Shown: positions 41,420 through 54,837, counted from the first letter of the stretch. The stretch is 64,000 nt of DNA from Acutalibacteraceae bacterium (GCA_045659145.1 JAZOWI010000023.1:3669-67668), one strand, 5' to 3'. Numbers and translations: made by a program. Notes: generated by a model from the sequence alone, not told the origin.

Positions 41420-43666
41420 TCAGCCGTAGACGAAATCGTTGGCGGGAATGGAACCCAAGGGGGAATCCATCTCGTAGTCGGTGTAGTTGACATACACCTC
41501 GACACCATTTGCAAAACAGGTGTACGACATACCGTCCGCCTTATAATACTCCGTAATTTCCTGATCGCCTACCTGGTCGTGCAGATCTTTGCTCCGCTCA
41601 ACCATAGAAGCAATATCCTCTTTCCAATCGCTGTAACGGCTGGAAATATACGCGGTATCCTGCTCGTATCGAATGGACTCGTGGGGGGCATCGCACAGAG
41701 TGAACTGTAACGTCATACCCGTTGCCACGGCCTGCAAATACGTATCGTTTACATTGATCGCTGTGTTGATGGAAGGCGAGGTCAAAGCCTTATAACCTTG
41801 GAACACCAACGAATAGAAGGGAATATCCTGACTCAGGGAACTAAACTTGGAAGAATAGAGAGGAGCCGACACAATATAGTCCGCATACAGGGTGGAATAG
41901 TCGTTAGGATCAGTAGAAACTACCGTAAGACCATTCTCAGTGCAGGACTGCAACAGAGCGCTGACATCCTCGTCGATCAAGGCTTTCGCCGTGTACTTTA
42001 CATCGCGATAATCGCCGTATGCCGTACTGGTCAGACTGGCAAAGGAAACCGCCTCAAAGTTCGATTCGTTGGCGGCGGCGATCGCCTTGTTCATAGCCGT
42101 GCTCAGCATACCGCGGCTCAGGAAGTACCAAGGCTGTGCGTTCTCATCTTCCACCGCCGTGTTAAGAATATAAGGACGAATGTACGATTTCAGAGAGGAA
42201 ATGGTTCGTGCCGCCGTATCGTTCACACGGAAGCCTTTACTGTTCTCCTTGAAATACACCAGATCGTAATCCATCGCCAAGAGAATGTTATTCTCCTTGG
42301 CATAACTGATGAGGTTATTCCATTCCTTCTTGTTACCCACCTCGGTAGACTTTTTGAATCCACCGCCGACAGTGGTGCTGGCAAGACCACCTTCACCGTA
42401 ACCCAGCAGAGTCACCAGCATCTGATCCTCGCCGATGAGCTCTTTCAGTTCGGCGGAGATTGCCTGTGTCTGAGCTACCGTAGTGGTAGCCTCATCACTG
42501 GTATAGGGCAGACCGAAGAAGGATTTTTGGGTCTGGGTAGAACCCAGGAAGCCCACAGACAGAGCCGGTACATTCTGTACTGCCTCGGTCAGATGGCCAC
42601 GCTCCTGCAAATAGCTGCGATAGCGGGCAGCCATACCCATATAAGTGACATCCTCCACCAAAGGAATATACTCAACGGACAAGCAATCCACATCCGCCAC
42701 CGAGTTACTGAATCGGGTGGCTGCCGTACTATTATTGCTGCTGTTGGCGTACACAATGGACTCGCTACCACGAATACGGAAAGAGGCGTAAGCGGTGGAA
42801 TAACCGGAATCCGGGTCACCAATGTGGGCGTTGATACGCGCGCACTCTTTACCATCCTCAATGATAGCCAACATACCGCTGTCGCCATTCTTCATGCCGA
42901 ACACAGGAAGAGTGACCTTACGCTCACTGCGCTTCTTCATGGTGTAGGGCTCGGTCGGGTCGGTACCATAAACCGCCTCACTGTACAGCACAGGCTTGTT
43001 CATAGATTTGATATCCACCAAAGCGCCGCCGCCGGAAGGCAGCATAAAGTAAGATTCGGAATCGTTGGCGGCGGCCATCAAATTAGGAACCACCGAAATC
43101 TCGTAAATGCGGTTAGTATCCTCCTGCAGACCATCCATAGGAACGCGCACCTGCAGACCGTTCTCGGTCAGGATATACTCCACTGTGACGGCAATCCGCA
43201 CATCGGGGAAGGAATATGTAACGCTGACACCATTATCGATCTGCTTACTGGTTACGCCACCCTTGGGAATACAATGCTGGGTGATATCAAGCTCGTGGAA
43301 GTTGTCAAGCTCTGCATCCAGATAGGTGATCTTCAATGCAGGAGAGAGCTGTAAATAAGAATAGCGCTTGGGATTCAAGAGATCCGGATTATTATCCGGA
43401 CTGACGTAAAAGTCATAGGGAGTGGAGCAATGATACAGTCCGGTGGTGGCATCCCACAGGATCACACACTGGCTGTCATCATCCCACCAGAATTGGAACT
43501 TATCGTTAATGGCAATTGCGCTTTCAGGCTGGCTGTAACGCTCATTGCCGTACTCCTCACTAAAAGGAGCGAGGGTCGATTTTACTTTCGGGGCACATCC
43601 CGTCACCATAATCGGCAACAAGAGCAGCACCGTCAGGCACAGACACATTAATTTCTTTTTTGTCAT
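41420..43666 (-). CDS. 748-aa lipoprotein of unknown function (possibly DUF5696-like)
   Basis: Start trimmed to MTKKKLMCLCLTVLLLLPIMVTGC (lipobox; AAAGGAAGAG RBS). No motif I can assign. The context (Yip1 plus ABC permeases) resembles loci annotated DUF5696 in other Firmicutes, recalled from memory. Confidence 0.5.
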   Translation of the reverse strand: MTKKKLMCLCLTVLLLLPIMVTGCAPKVKSTLAPFSEEYGNERYSQPESAIAINDKFQFWWDDDSQCVILWDATTGLYHCSTPYDFYVSPDNNPDLLNPKRYSYLQLSPALKITYLDAELDNFHELDITQHCIPKGGVTSKQIDNGVSVTYSFPDVRIAVTVEYILTENGLQVRVPMDGLQEDTNRIYEISVVPNLMAAANDSESYFMLPSGGGALVDIKSMNKPVLYSEAVYGTDPTEPYTMKKRSERKVTLPVFGMKNGDSGMLAIIEDGKECARINAHIGDPDSGYSTAYASFRIRGSESIVYANSSNNSTAATRFSNSVADVDCLSVEYIPLVEDVTYMGMAARYRSYLQERGHLTEAVQNVPALSVGFLGSTQTQKSFFGLPYTSDEATTTVAQTQAISAELKELIGEDQMLVTLLGYGEGGLASTTVGGGFKKSTEVGNKKEWNNLISYAKENNILLAMDYDLVYFKENSKGFRVNDTAARTISSLKSYIRPYILNTAVEDENAQPWYFLSRGMLSTAMNKAIAAANESNFEAVSFASLTSTAYGDYRDVKYTAKALIDEDVSALLQSCTENGLTVVSTDPNDYSTLYADYIVSAPLYSSKFSSLSQDIPFYSLVFQGYKALTSPSINTAINVNDTYLQAVATGMTLQFTLCDAPHESIRYEQDTAYISSRYSDWKEDIASMVERSKDLHDQVGDQEITEYYKADGMSYTCFANGVEVYVNYTDYEMDSPLGSIPANDFVYG

Positions 43667-43697
43667 GTGAACGCTCTTCCTTTCTTTGCCGATTGGC

Positions 43698-45854
43698 TTA
43701 TCGTAGTTTGATTTCATTAAAGACACTAATGAAGAACACCAGGAACTGCTGAGACAACAGCGTTACCGAGAAGATAACGAAGGCAGCCAGCAACATGCAG
43801 ACAACCGTCAACAGTGCCATACCCATCGCTTTAAAGAAACTATACTCGTGGACCACCGTCATACCCAGCAGCAGCAACAACACCGTGTAAATAGCTACAA
43901 TGGTGCTCAAAATGCCGAAAGTGGAGGTGGAGGTAGCGGGAATCAAATGAGATGCCACAATGAAGACCACGGAATAGGCCACCATGGGAGACATACAGTA
44001 AGCCGACATGGTGAAGACTTCCTTCAAGGAACCCTTACCTTCATTCAGAATACAAATGCCCCAGTTAACGATGACCCACAGAAGCAGCACACCCACCGAA
44101 CCCAACAATGTATACAAAGCATTGTAGTTCGAGGTGTCGGTAATGACGTACATAAAGCCGCCATACAGATCTTCGGATACACTGGCCAGATAGAAGATCA
44201 CAATGAAGATAATGGCCAGCGGGATAGAAGTATTCTTCTGGAATTTCAGCGAATTAAACGCCTGGAAGGGATGGAAGGGAACCGACAGCGCCGTCCGCAA
44301 TTTAGCATTCTTGATCTCGAAGATCTTGCGTTTCTTGGACAAGACCAGCAGCGCAGCAATGCCGCCTACCGCCGCCAAGCACACAAGGAAGATCCACCAG
44401 AAGTTACGGGTCAGGAATGCCTTCTGCACAACCTCGTAGGCCTGAGAATAGGTCTGCTGGTCGTTGCCCTTCTTGGAATACTCCATAGCACCTTCATAGT
44501 CGCCCTTGTTCAGCAGAGACTTACCGATACCTTCGTAAGCGCGCTGGCAGTTGGCATCCATTTTCAGTGCTTGCTCCCACAGCGGCTGGGCCATTTCGTA
44601 CTCACCATCCATGGTCAGCTGATCGGCCTCCTTGAACAGACGGCCGTAGTCGGTCAGACGGAAAATGGTGACGGAACCCAACACAAAGTCCAGCACGTAC
44701 AGCTTTTCACCATCACAAGCAATGGCATTGGGGGTAACGAAGCTTCCCACCTGATTACCTTCACTGAAACCGGTGGCAAAAGCGGAGATCATACGGCACT
44801 CCTCGTCGTACACAAACACACGGCTACGACCCATATCCACCGCATAAATAAAGCCTTCGGGATCTACCGTAATACCGCCGAAAATCAGCGAATACTGGTA
44901 GTGCTTGTGCCAATAGGCGTTGGGGTTCTCACCAAAGTTAATGGTATCACCGCTCGCAGAGGTGAAGCCGAACTTGTGATCCAAAGTCTGGTTACCGTTA
45001 AGACCAAGACGCTTGATCTGGCCGGTGGAGGTACCGGACAAGGTGTAAAGCATACCCTCGGCATCTACACAAATATCCATAATTTCCGCAGGCAACTTTT
45101 TCTGACTGTTTTCACTCTTTGTTTTAGTCATAAACAGACCGGTGATCCAGCCCTTGATGGTATTGAGCAGGGTCTCCTCTACCACGTAAGAGCCGTGGAA
45201 ACCCAAGAAATTGTACTCGGTATCGTACACCAGCATTCCATAGTAACAACCCTCGCACACTACATATAGATAACCTTTTTGATCCATTGTGATACGGGTG
45301 GGACGATAATCCAGATCACTGGGCACGCCGATACCGGTGGGGCACTCCAATTTGTTCAGGAGATTACCATAGCGGTCGCAGATCAGCACCCGCTCGCCCT
45401 CGGTATCCGCCAGGTAAATCGTACCGTCATCCGACACGTACATACCCACGGCATCCTTGAAATTGTAATCCTCTTCACCGGAGATGGATGTGATCTCCTC
45501 CACCAAAGTAAAGGTGTCGGTTTCCACAATCAGAATGCGGCTGTTGCCGCTGTCCAGAATGTACAACTCGCTGCCATCCTTAGACAAAGTAATATACTTT
45601 GCAGAAGTGAGCGCGGCAGTCCCCAAAGAATCACCGGAGATCTGCAAATAGGACTCGTACATCGCACGGGTGGGAACGGCATCGTAACGATTCGGGCCTT
45701 CCCAATAAGTATAGGAATAATAAGGAACTTCATCCATTGCCGTCACAGACGCGGCCGAGACGGTGCCGGTGCAGAACAACAACAGTGCCAGCACCAAAGC
45801 CATCGTCCGACGCAAAGCCTTGCCGACAGTATGGGTTTTATTGAAACCTATCAT
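43698..45854 (-). CDS. Membrane protein fusion: signal/anchor, NHL-type beta-propeller, TPR, C-terminal Yip1-like multi-TM domain
   Basis: NHL-like blades (LYILDSGNSRILIV, IYLADTEGERVLICDRYGN, LYVVCEGCYYGMLVYD, IYAVDMGRSRVFVYD, LYVLDFVLGSVTIF). TPR-like AQPLWEQALKMDANCQRAYEGIGKSLLNKGDYEGAMEY. Then about 6 TM segments. AAAGGGGGA RBS. Confidence 0.7.
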   Translation of the reverse strand: MIGFNKTHTVGKALRRTMALVLALLLFCTGTVSAASVTAMDEVPYYSYTYWEGPNRYDAVPTRAMYESYLQISGDSLGTAALTSAKYITLSKDGSELYILDSGNSRILIVETDTFTLVEEITSISGEEDYNFKDAVGMYVSDDGTIYLADTEGERVLICDRYGNLLNKLECPTGIGVPSDLDYRPTRITMDQKGYLYVVCEGCYYGMLVYDTEYNFLGFHGSYVVEETLLNTIKGWITGLFMTKTKSENSQKKLPAEIMDICVDAEGMLYTLSGTSTGQIKRLGLNGNQTLDHKFGFTSASGDTINFGENPNAYWHKHYQYSLIFGGITVDPEGFIYAVDMGRSRVFVYDEECRMISAFATGFSEGNQVGSFVTPNAIACDGEKLYVLDFVLGSVTIFRLTDYGRLFKEADQLTMDGEYEMAQPLWEQALKMDANCQRAYEGIGKSLLNKGDYEGAMEYSKKGNDQQTYSQAYEVVQKAFLTRNFWWIFLVCLAAVGGIAALLVLSKKRKIFEIKNAKLRTALSVPFHPFQAFNSLKFQKNTSIPLAIIFIVIFYLASVSEDLYGGFMYVITDTSNYNALYTLLGSVGVLLLWVIVNWGICILNEGKGSLKEVFTMSAYCMSPMVAYSVVFIVASHLIPATSTSTFGILSTIVAIYTVLLLLLGMTVVHEYSFFKAMGMALLTVVCMLLAAFVIFSVTLLSQQFLVFFISVFNEIKLR

Positions 45855-45890
45855 CCTATGGTCCCCCTTTCTGTTTTCATACTACTCATA

Positions 45891-46781
45891 TTAATCCTTC
45901 ATACCTGCCGAACTCATGGTCTCCATAACGTTCGACTGAGAAACCAGATAAACGGCAATGGGCGGAATCATCAACAATACCGTGGCGGCCATCACGCTAC
46001 CGGAACGGGCAATACCGCTGGCGGCGATCTGATTCATCGCAACGGGTAATGTTTTCAGGCTCTCGCTGAAAATGGTGCCGCTGGGCTGGATTGCCCAAGC
46101 ATCACGGAATGCAAACAAAGCCAAGGTCAGCCATGCCGGTTTCACCAGCGGCATAACCAGATTCCAGAAAATACGGTAGTATCCGGCACCATCCAACAGA
46201 GCCGCTTCCATCAAAGCCTTAGGCACACTAACGTCCATATACTGCTTCATCAGGAAGACGCCTGTGGTGGACTGAATCGCCGGCAAGATGTAGACCCAAT
46301 AGGTGTCAATGATACCCAACTTGGAGAAGATGATGTACTGCGGAATACCCAGCGTGTAACCGTTGAACAGCAAAGCCACCTGTACACCCCAGAACACAAT
46401 GGAGATGAACTTGTGACGGCAATTGGACAGCGTGAACGCCGCCATACCGGCAACCAGAATGTGACTCACCGTAATGGCCACGGAGATGAACAAGCTGTTA
46501 AACGCATAACGGGAGAAGGGCACCTGTAAGTTATCCAACAAGCTGGGCAACACCGTATAGTTGTACAGCGTCGGACGGGTCACGAAGAACTTGGGCGGGA
46601 ACGCTAACAATTCGTCCAGCGGCTTGAAGGAGGTCACGACACTGTAAATCAGCGGCAACACCATAAATAGGCCGGCCAGCAATAACAACGATACGAAAAC
46701 CACGTTGGCGGCGGTGGAACGGGTAAAGCGCTTGTAGCTTTTTTTCTTCGCTACGGTTAATTTCAGTTTTTTCTCTTTCAT
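45891..46781 (-). CDS. Carbohydrate ABC transporter permease
   Basis: Six TM segments. EAA-loop VPKALMEAALLDGAGYYRIFWNLVMP. Confidence 0.85.
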   Translation of the reverse strand: MKEKKLKLTVAKKKSYKRFTRSTAANVVFVSLLLLAGLFMVLPLIYSVVTSFKPLDELLAFPPKFFVTRPTLYNYTVLPSLLDNLQVPFSRYAFNSLFISVAITVSHILVAGMAAFTLSNCRHKFISIVFWGVQVALLFNGYTLGIPQYIIFSKLGIIDTYWVYILPAIQSTTGVFLMKQYMDVSVPKALMEAALLDGAGYYRIFWNLVMPLVKPAWLTLALFAFRDAWAIQPSGTIFSESLKTLPVAMNQIAASGIARSGSVMAATVLLMIPPIAVYLVSQSNVMETMSSAGMKD

Positions 46782-46796
46782 TACTCGCCCACCTCC

Positions 46797-47726
46797 TTAA
46801 TCCTTAGTCACAAGCAGGCGACCGATTCCCAAACGGACGATCATCATCATCGCAAACAGGAATACAGACAATGCCGATGCATAACCCATATCAAAACGTA
46901 CGGTACCCACGTCGGTGATGTGGGTCAAAATAGTTTCCGTGGAGTGGTTTACACTGGGGAAACCGGTCAACGTAGTAGCCACCGAGCTGATAGAGAAGGT
47001 GGCCTGCACTTGCATAACTGCACTAAACAGCAAAATGCTCTTCATCGAGGGGATGGTGATGTACCACAACTCCGCCCAACGGTTACGGATACCATCGATG
47101 GCGCCCGCTTCGAACAGAGACTCATCCACGTTGTTCAGACCGGCGATATTCGCCAGGAAAGAAATACCCATACTCATCCACAACTGCACGATCATAACGA
47201 TGGTAAAGGCGTAGTTGGGATCACGGAACCAGGTGATGGGGTCGGTGATCAGACCCATAGACAGCAACAAGCTGTTGACATAACCGTAGCTGTCGCCGCT
47301 AAACATAATCTGCCAGATGAAATAACCATTACCCACCAGAGTCGGAGAGTAAAACAGGAACGACAACACACTGCGGGTCTTGGGGCCAAATTCGTTGATC
47401 ATCCAAGCCAGCAAGAATGCCATTGCGAAGCTGATGGGTCCGGTCACCAGAGAAAATTTCAAGGTGTTGGCCACCGCAATAGGGAACTCATAGTCATTGA
47501 CGAACATTTTCAGGTAGTTATCCAAGCCGATGGGCACCGGTGTGCGCACTACGTCGTAATCGAAGAAGCTCAGAACCACCGAAGCGCCGATAGGGATAAT
47601 CGTAAAGGTCAGGAACAAAATCAGGAACGGGAGAAGCATCACCACAAAGGGAGTACGCAACGCATCCTGCGAGAAACTGACCCTCTTCTTTTTCAAACGT
47701 CCTTTTGCATCTACATTCGCGCTCAT
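46797..47726 (-). CDS. Carbohydrate ABC transporter permease
   Basis: TM-rich. EAA-loop NNVDESLFEAGAIDGIRNRWAELWYITIP. The start ATG overlaps the upstream stop (TAATG at 47724-47728). Confidence 0.85.
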   Translation of the reverse strand: MSANVDAKGRLKKKRVSFSQDALRTPFVVMLLPFLILFLTFTIIPIGASVVLSFFDYDVVRTPVPIGLDNYLKMFVNDYEFPIAVANTLKFSLVTGPISFAMAFLLAWMINEFGPKTRSVLSFLFYSPTLVGNGYFIWQIMFSGDSYGYVNSLLLSMGLITDPITWFRDPNYAFTIVMIVQLWMSMGISFLANIAGLNNVDESLFEAGAIDGIRNRWAELWYITIPSMKSILLFSAVMQVQATFSISSVATTLTGFPSVNHSTETILTHITDVGTVRFDMGYASALSVFLFAMMMIVRLGIGRLLVTKD

Positions 47727-50700
47727 TACTTCTCCACCTCCTCTCCTACCAGAACATCTTTATATTGCTCGATCTTGGTGGTGATTTCCACGTCGGCCAC
47801 CTCGCCCCACTTCTTCATCATATCCTTGGGGTTCTCATTCATGGACAAAACATTCCAGAAGGCCTGGTCCACGGCACGGGCCACATAGTAGCCGCCGGGG
47901 ATCTCCGCGATCTCTTCCACCTTGTTCCACTGATTCAACAGAGTATCGCCGGCTTCCTTGCCCCAGTCGAGGCTCATGGTAGCATTTACGTTTGCGGAGG
48001 TGTAACGACCGGCCACGCCCAGAATGGACTCAATATCCAGCGCGTACTTGTACTGGGTATCCTCACGCATCCACCATTTCAGCAACTGCCAGGCCGCCTC
48101 ATCCTTACCGCGGTCCTCAGCCAATTTCAGAATCATACAGGCGTTACCGAAACCGGCCTGACGATTATCCACGACCACCAGGCCGTCCTCACCGATCACC
48201 GGTTCACCGTTTTCGTCCAGAACCGGTACGCCGGGGATCTCGGCCATCTCCCAGTTACCCTTGATTTCGGGAGCGGCCGCCGCGATGGTGCTGTACTGAG
48301 CGTAGGACTGGATAGCCAGCGGCACCAGACCGATACGGAAACGGTTAAAGAAACTATATTCTTTGGGGAGGTTATATTTCGTATAATAATCCGTCCACCG
48401 CTCGAAGACGCGGATGGTATCTGCCTCATTGAAGGAGGTACCGGTCTGGTCTTCGTTGTACAGAGACAAGCCGTTCTGCATCAACAGAGTGGGGAAAATA
48501 TTCAGGGAGGCCACGCCGCCGTTGGTCTGCCAGATATCCGTCAGAGCCGCATAAGGCAAGCCAACCTGCATATTGTGCAGCATTAGGATGCTGGCCGCAT
48601 TCAGATACTCATCCCAGGTACGGGGCACTTCCAAACCGTACTGCTCGAAAATGTCCGTACGATAGAACATCATATAGAACTGCTGAGTAGAGGGCAGGCC
48701 GTAAACGCCATCGCGATAGCGATAAGGCTCATCGGCACCCTTAACAAACCAACCGGCTACCTCATCGTAATCCTCGAACTTGCTTAGATCCACCAGAGCG
48801 CCACGCATCGCCATATTAACAGGCTGGGTGCGGGAATCAGATAGGCTGCAATCGGGGCCGTTACCGGACATAATACCCTGTAACAGAGAGGCGTTGGTCA
48901 TACGCACAGTAACATTGATGCCGGTTTCGGGAGTAAAGCTGCTGTTGATCAAGGAGTTGAGCACCAGCACCTGATCACGGGACCAGTTGACCCACAAGGT
49001 CAAATTCTGGGCATCCTTGTCACCCACACCCTCAGCGGTGTTGTAATCCAGCATAAAGGAGGCAATAAAACGCTCAATACCAAATTTGGTCTTGGCGCCG
49101 AAGCCTGCCTCGGTGCGAACACACGTCTTGCCGGGCTGAGTGAAGACCAGCGCATCGATATCCAACGACATATTCTTCATTTCCTGCAAGTGAGCGCTCA
49201 AACCGGAGTAGCAATCGTAGTAGTTACCCTTGTAGTTCTGAGCTTCCCAGGTCTTCTTGAGCATCTTTTCCAGCACGACGTTCATCTTTTTCAGCAACGC
49301 GGCGCTATCGTCGATGTTTTTGTCATCGCTGCGGCGTTCCTCGATCATCGCGCTCATCTCCGCATGCAACTCCTCCATACGCTCTTGCAGATCGGGGATG
49401 CGGGAGAACAGATCGTAGTCACGTCCCTTATCGGGCGTCTCGCCGATGATGGCAATGATTTCACGATACATAATACCCAAGCGAAGAACCACACTCTCCA
49501 TCTTGGCGCTGTATGCATTCATATCGCCCAGCGTAACCGTCAAAGAAACCTCGTTGGGACCCTTGTCCAGATACACCAGCACCTCGTTGCCACCAAAAAT
49601 GTCGCTGAACTGCCAGCTGTTCTTGTACTCGAAAGCAACGCTGGTTTGCTCCTTGTACTGGCTCACACCGTTGACCTTCAGGCAACGATAAGAGGAAGCG
49701 TTCACCAGATAATGTTGACGAAAATGGAAGCCGATTTTATAGATACCGGCCTCAGGGGCATCCACCTTCCACGTGATGGTTTCATCCGTCATAGACCAGT
49801 TGCCGCCACCGATGTAGTTTACCTTCTGCAAGAAGGCATCGGAGGGAACCAGACCGGGGTTGCTGTTATCCGACAGACCGATCAGAGCGCGGTCGCTCTT
49901 GTACGCAGCCTTCTCCGCCTCAATCACGAACTCCTCACCGGTGTAGTCCTTCACACCGGCATCCTTCCAAGCGGCCAACTGATCCTCCATGGACAGCAGT
50001 TCACCGGGCTCTTTCAGATCGATGGAATACAACACAAAAGGCACACCGTAACCCACCATGGTCAACTCATGAGAACCAGCCTCCAAATACAAGCACAGAT
50101 TCTCATTCACAAAGCCGTTGACGTCACGCATAGGATAGGTCAACTTTTCGTATACCTCTTTTTGCTCAGCAGCAAACTGGTTACCCTTAGTATCTTCACG
50201 GATGGGCTCACCCTCATCGTTGAGGATATCCACCCACTTACGGCCCAACACAAAGCGCTCAGCTTCCGCATAGGGGAAGGCACCGTCCACAGCCAGACCA
50301 ACTTCCATATCCGCACTGCTGCCCTCACGAGCCATATAATTGAAGTACACCTCGTACCAACCGGTGGTGGGAACCTCCACCTGCCAGGTCGCACTGCCCT
50401 TGTCCCGATCCCAAATCAGACCGTTATCATCCACAGTGACCGTGTCATCGTATCGGATCGCATCCAAAGCGCCCACCTGTACGGCGGTATCCGCCTTCGT
50501 GTCAGGCTTATCGGCGGCATATTGCGTATACTTCACATCGGTTAATTCCGGCAGGCCGTCAGAATCGGTGATTTCATCATCTTCCTCGACCTCATCGCCT
50601 TCCGCGACTTCATTGCCGTCTGCGGGCTCCTCTGCATCCGTGGCATCCGACGGCCCGATGGTGAGGACATCGTCAGACGGAACGTCCAACTCATCCGCCG

Positions 50701-50767
50701 CCACAGGCAGGAGCAACATCTGACACAGTATCAAAACCGCACACAGAGCCATTCCAAAGCGTCTCAT
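47726..50767 (-). CDS. 1013-aa extracellular solute-binding protein with ~450-aa N-terminal extension (two CBM6/35-like beta-sandwiches)
   Basis: Signal peptide MRRFGMALCAVLILCQMLLLPVAA. Two W.V(E/D).P..G.Y modules. The C-terminal half is SBP-like (LTLWVNWSRDQVLVLNSLINSSFTPETGINVTV...). Confidence 0.7.
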   Translation of the reverse strand: MRRFGMALCAVLILCQMLLLPVAADELDVPSDDVLTIGPSDATDAEEPADGNEVAEGDEVEEDDEITDSDGLPELTDVKYTQYAADKPDTKADTAVQVGALDAIRYDDTVTVDDNGLIWDRDKGSATWQVEVPTTGWYEVYFNYMAREGSSADMEVGLAVDGAFPYAEAERFVLGRKWVDILNDEGEPIREDTKGNQFAAEQKEVYEKLTYPMRDVNGFVNENLCLYLEAGSHELTMVGYGVPFVLYSIDLKEPGELLSMEDQLAAWKDAGVKDYTGEEFVIEAEKAAYKSDRALIGLSDNSNPGLVPSDAFLQKVNYIGGGNWSMTDETITWKVDAPEAGIYKIGFHFRQHYLVNASSYRCLKVNGVSQYKEQTSVAFEYKNSWQFSDIFGGNEVLVYLDKGPNEVSLTVTLGDMNAYSAKMESVVLRLGIMYREIIAIIGETPDKGRDYDLFSRIPDLQERMEELHAEMSAMIEERRSDDKNIDDSAALLKKMNVVLEKMLKKTWEAQNYKGNYYDCYSGLSAHLQEMKNMSLDIDALVFTQPGKTCVRTEAGFGAKTKFGIERFIASFMLDYNTAEGVGDKDAQNLTLWVNWSRDQVLVLNSLINSSFTPETGINVTVRMTNASLLQGIMSGNGPDCSLSDSRTQPVNMAMRGALVDLSKFEDYDEVAGWFVKGADEPYRYRDGVYGLPSTQQFYMMFYRTDIFEQYGLEVPRTWDEYLNAASILMLHNMQVGLPYAALTDIWQTNGGVASLNIFPTLLMQNGLSLYNEDQTGTSFNEADTIRVFERWTDYYTKYNLPKEYSFFNRFRIGLVPLAIQSYAQYSTIAAAAPEIKGNWEMAEIPGVPVLDENGEPVIGEDGLVVVDNRQAGFGNACMILKLAEDRGKDEAAWQLLKWWMREDTQYKYALDIESILGVAGRYTSANVNATMSLDWGKEAGDTLLNQWNKVEEIAEIPGGYYVARAVDQAFWNVLSMNENPKDMMKKWGEVADVEITTKIEQYKDVLVGEEVEK

Positions 50768-50845
50768 GGTCTACATCTCTCTTTCTCTTGAAAATTGTTT
50801 CACAGGGATAAAAGCCATTCGGCATTGATCAAAAGCTAACTCCGC

Positions 50846-53728
<2,883 letters not shown>

Positions 53729-54132
53729 TTAGTAAGAAAAGGTTTCTTTTTCAATAGCATATCTGTACATATTATATCAATATTCAATGATTTCGTGGAG
53801 CATAGCTATTTTTCACAAAATATACCGCTTGTTTTTAGGAATTATGTACGGCGGATGCTGTCGAAAAGATTCTTGCTTTTTTCGTCACTTTGTCTAGTTT
53901 ATCCACCCTCTTTTTAGTAAAAATCCATAGGTTTCTGCGTAATGTTTTTTATCTCATTTTGCATAAATCCCAGCATGATTTGCATCACATTTTTTGCATT
54001 TTCTCGTCATATAAACCCTTCTTTTTATATCACTTTTCAATGAAAACTGCGTTTTTTATTGCAATTTTTATATTATTGTGATACACTGACAACAACGCAT
54101 AAAACACTCTAAATTAGGGAAGGAGAATTGCT

Positions 54133-54837
54133 ATGATTCTGTATTTTGTTCGTCACGGGGAGCCCATTTACGACCCCGACAGTCTGACTCCTCTCGGTCA
54201 CGAACAGGCAAAAGCGCTGTCCAAGAGACTTTTAATCCATGGTCTGGACCGGGTCTACGTGTCCTCCTCCATCCGTGCACAGCAAACGGCTCAACCCACC
54301 TGCGAACTATTGCGAAAAGATCCCATCATCTGCGATTGGGCTCACGAGGACAAAGCGTACGCCGACTTCCACGCTAAGGATGAAAACGGCAAGGAAGGAT
54401 GGATCTTGGAGTCCGCCCCTATGCTGGAAAAGTTCTCCGATCCCGAGGTGCTCAAACTGCGTGACAAGTGGTATACTCATCCCTATTTTGAAGGTACCGG
54501 CTATGAAGCGGGCGTTAAGCGCATCAACACCGAAGTGGACAACTGGCTGTTGGAGTTGGGCTATCGCCATGATCGGGAGACCGGTCGCTATTACCAAGTG
54601 GGTGAGCCCCCCAAGCGGGTGGCGATGTTCGCCCACTACGGCTTCGGCATGGCCTTCCTCAGTAGTGTGCTGGACATTCCTTACAACGAGTTCCTACCCC
54701 GTTTCAACATCGGTCACACCGGTATGACCGCCATCCTGTTCTACCATCACAAAAACGGAATGGTCATTCCTCAGGTGGTACAACACGCCGGTGACGGGCA
54801 TCTGTACCGTGAGGGATTACTCAAAACCAACTTCTGA
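54133..54837 (+). CDS. Histidine phosphatase superfamily protein (paralogue of 37569-38297)
   Basis: MILYFVRHGEPIYDPDSLTPLGHEQA. GGAAGGAG RBS. Confidence 0.8.
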   Translation: MILYFVRHGEPIYDPDSLTPLGHEQAKALSKRLLIHGLDRVYVSSSIRAQQTAQPTCELLRKDPIICDWAHEDKAYADFHAKDENGKEGWILESAPMLEKFSDPEVLKLRDKWYTHPYFEGTGYEAGVKRINTEVDNWLLELGYRHDRETGRYYQVGEPPKRVAMFAHYGFGMAFLSSVLDIPYNEFLPRFNIGHTGMTAILFYHHKNGMVIPQVVQHAGDGHLYREGLLKTNF

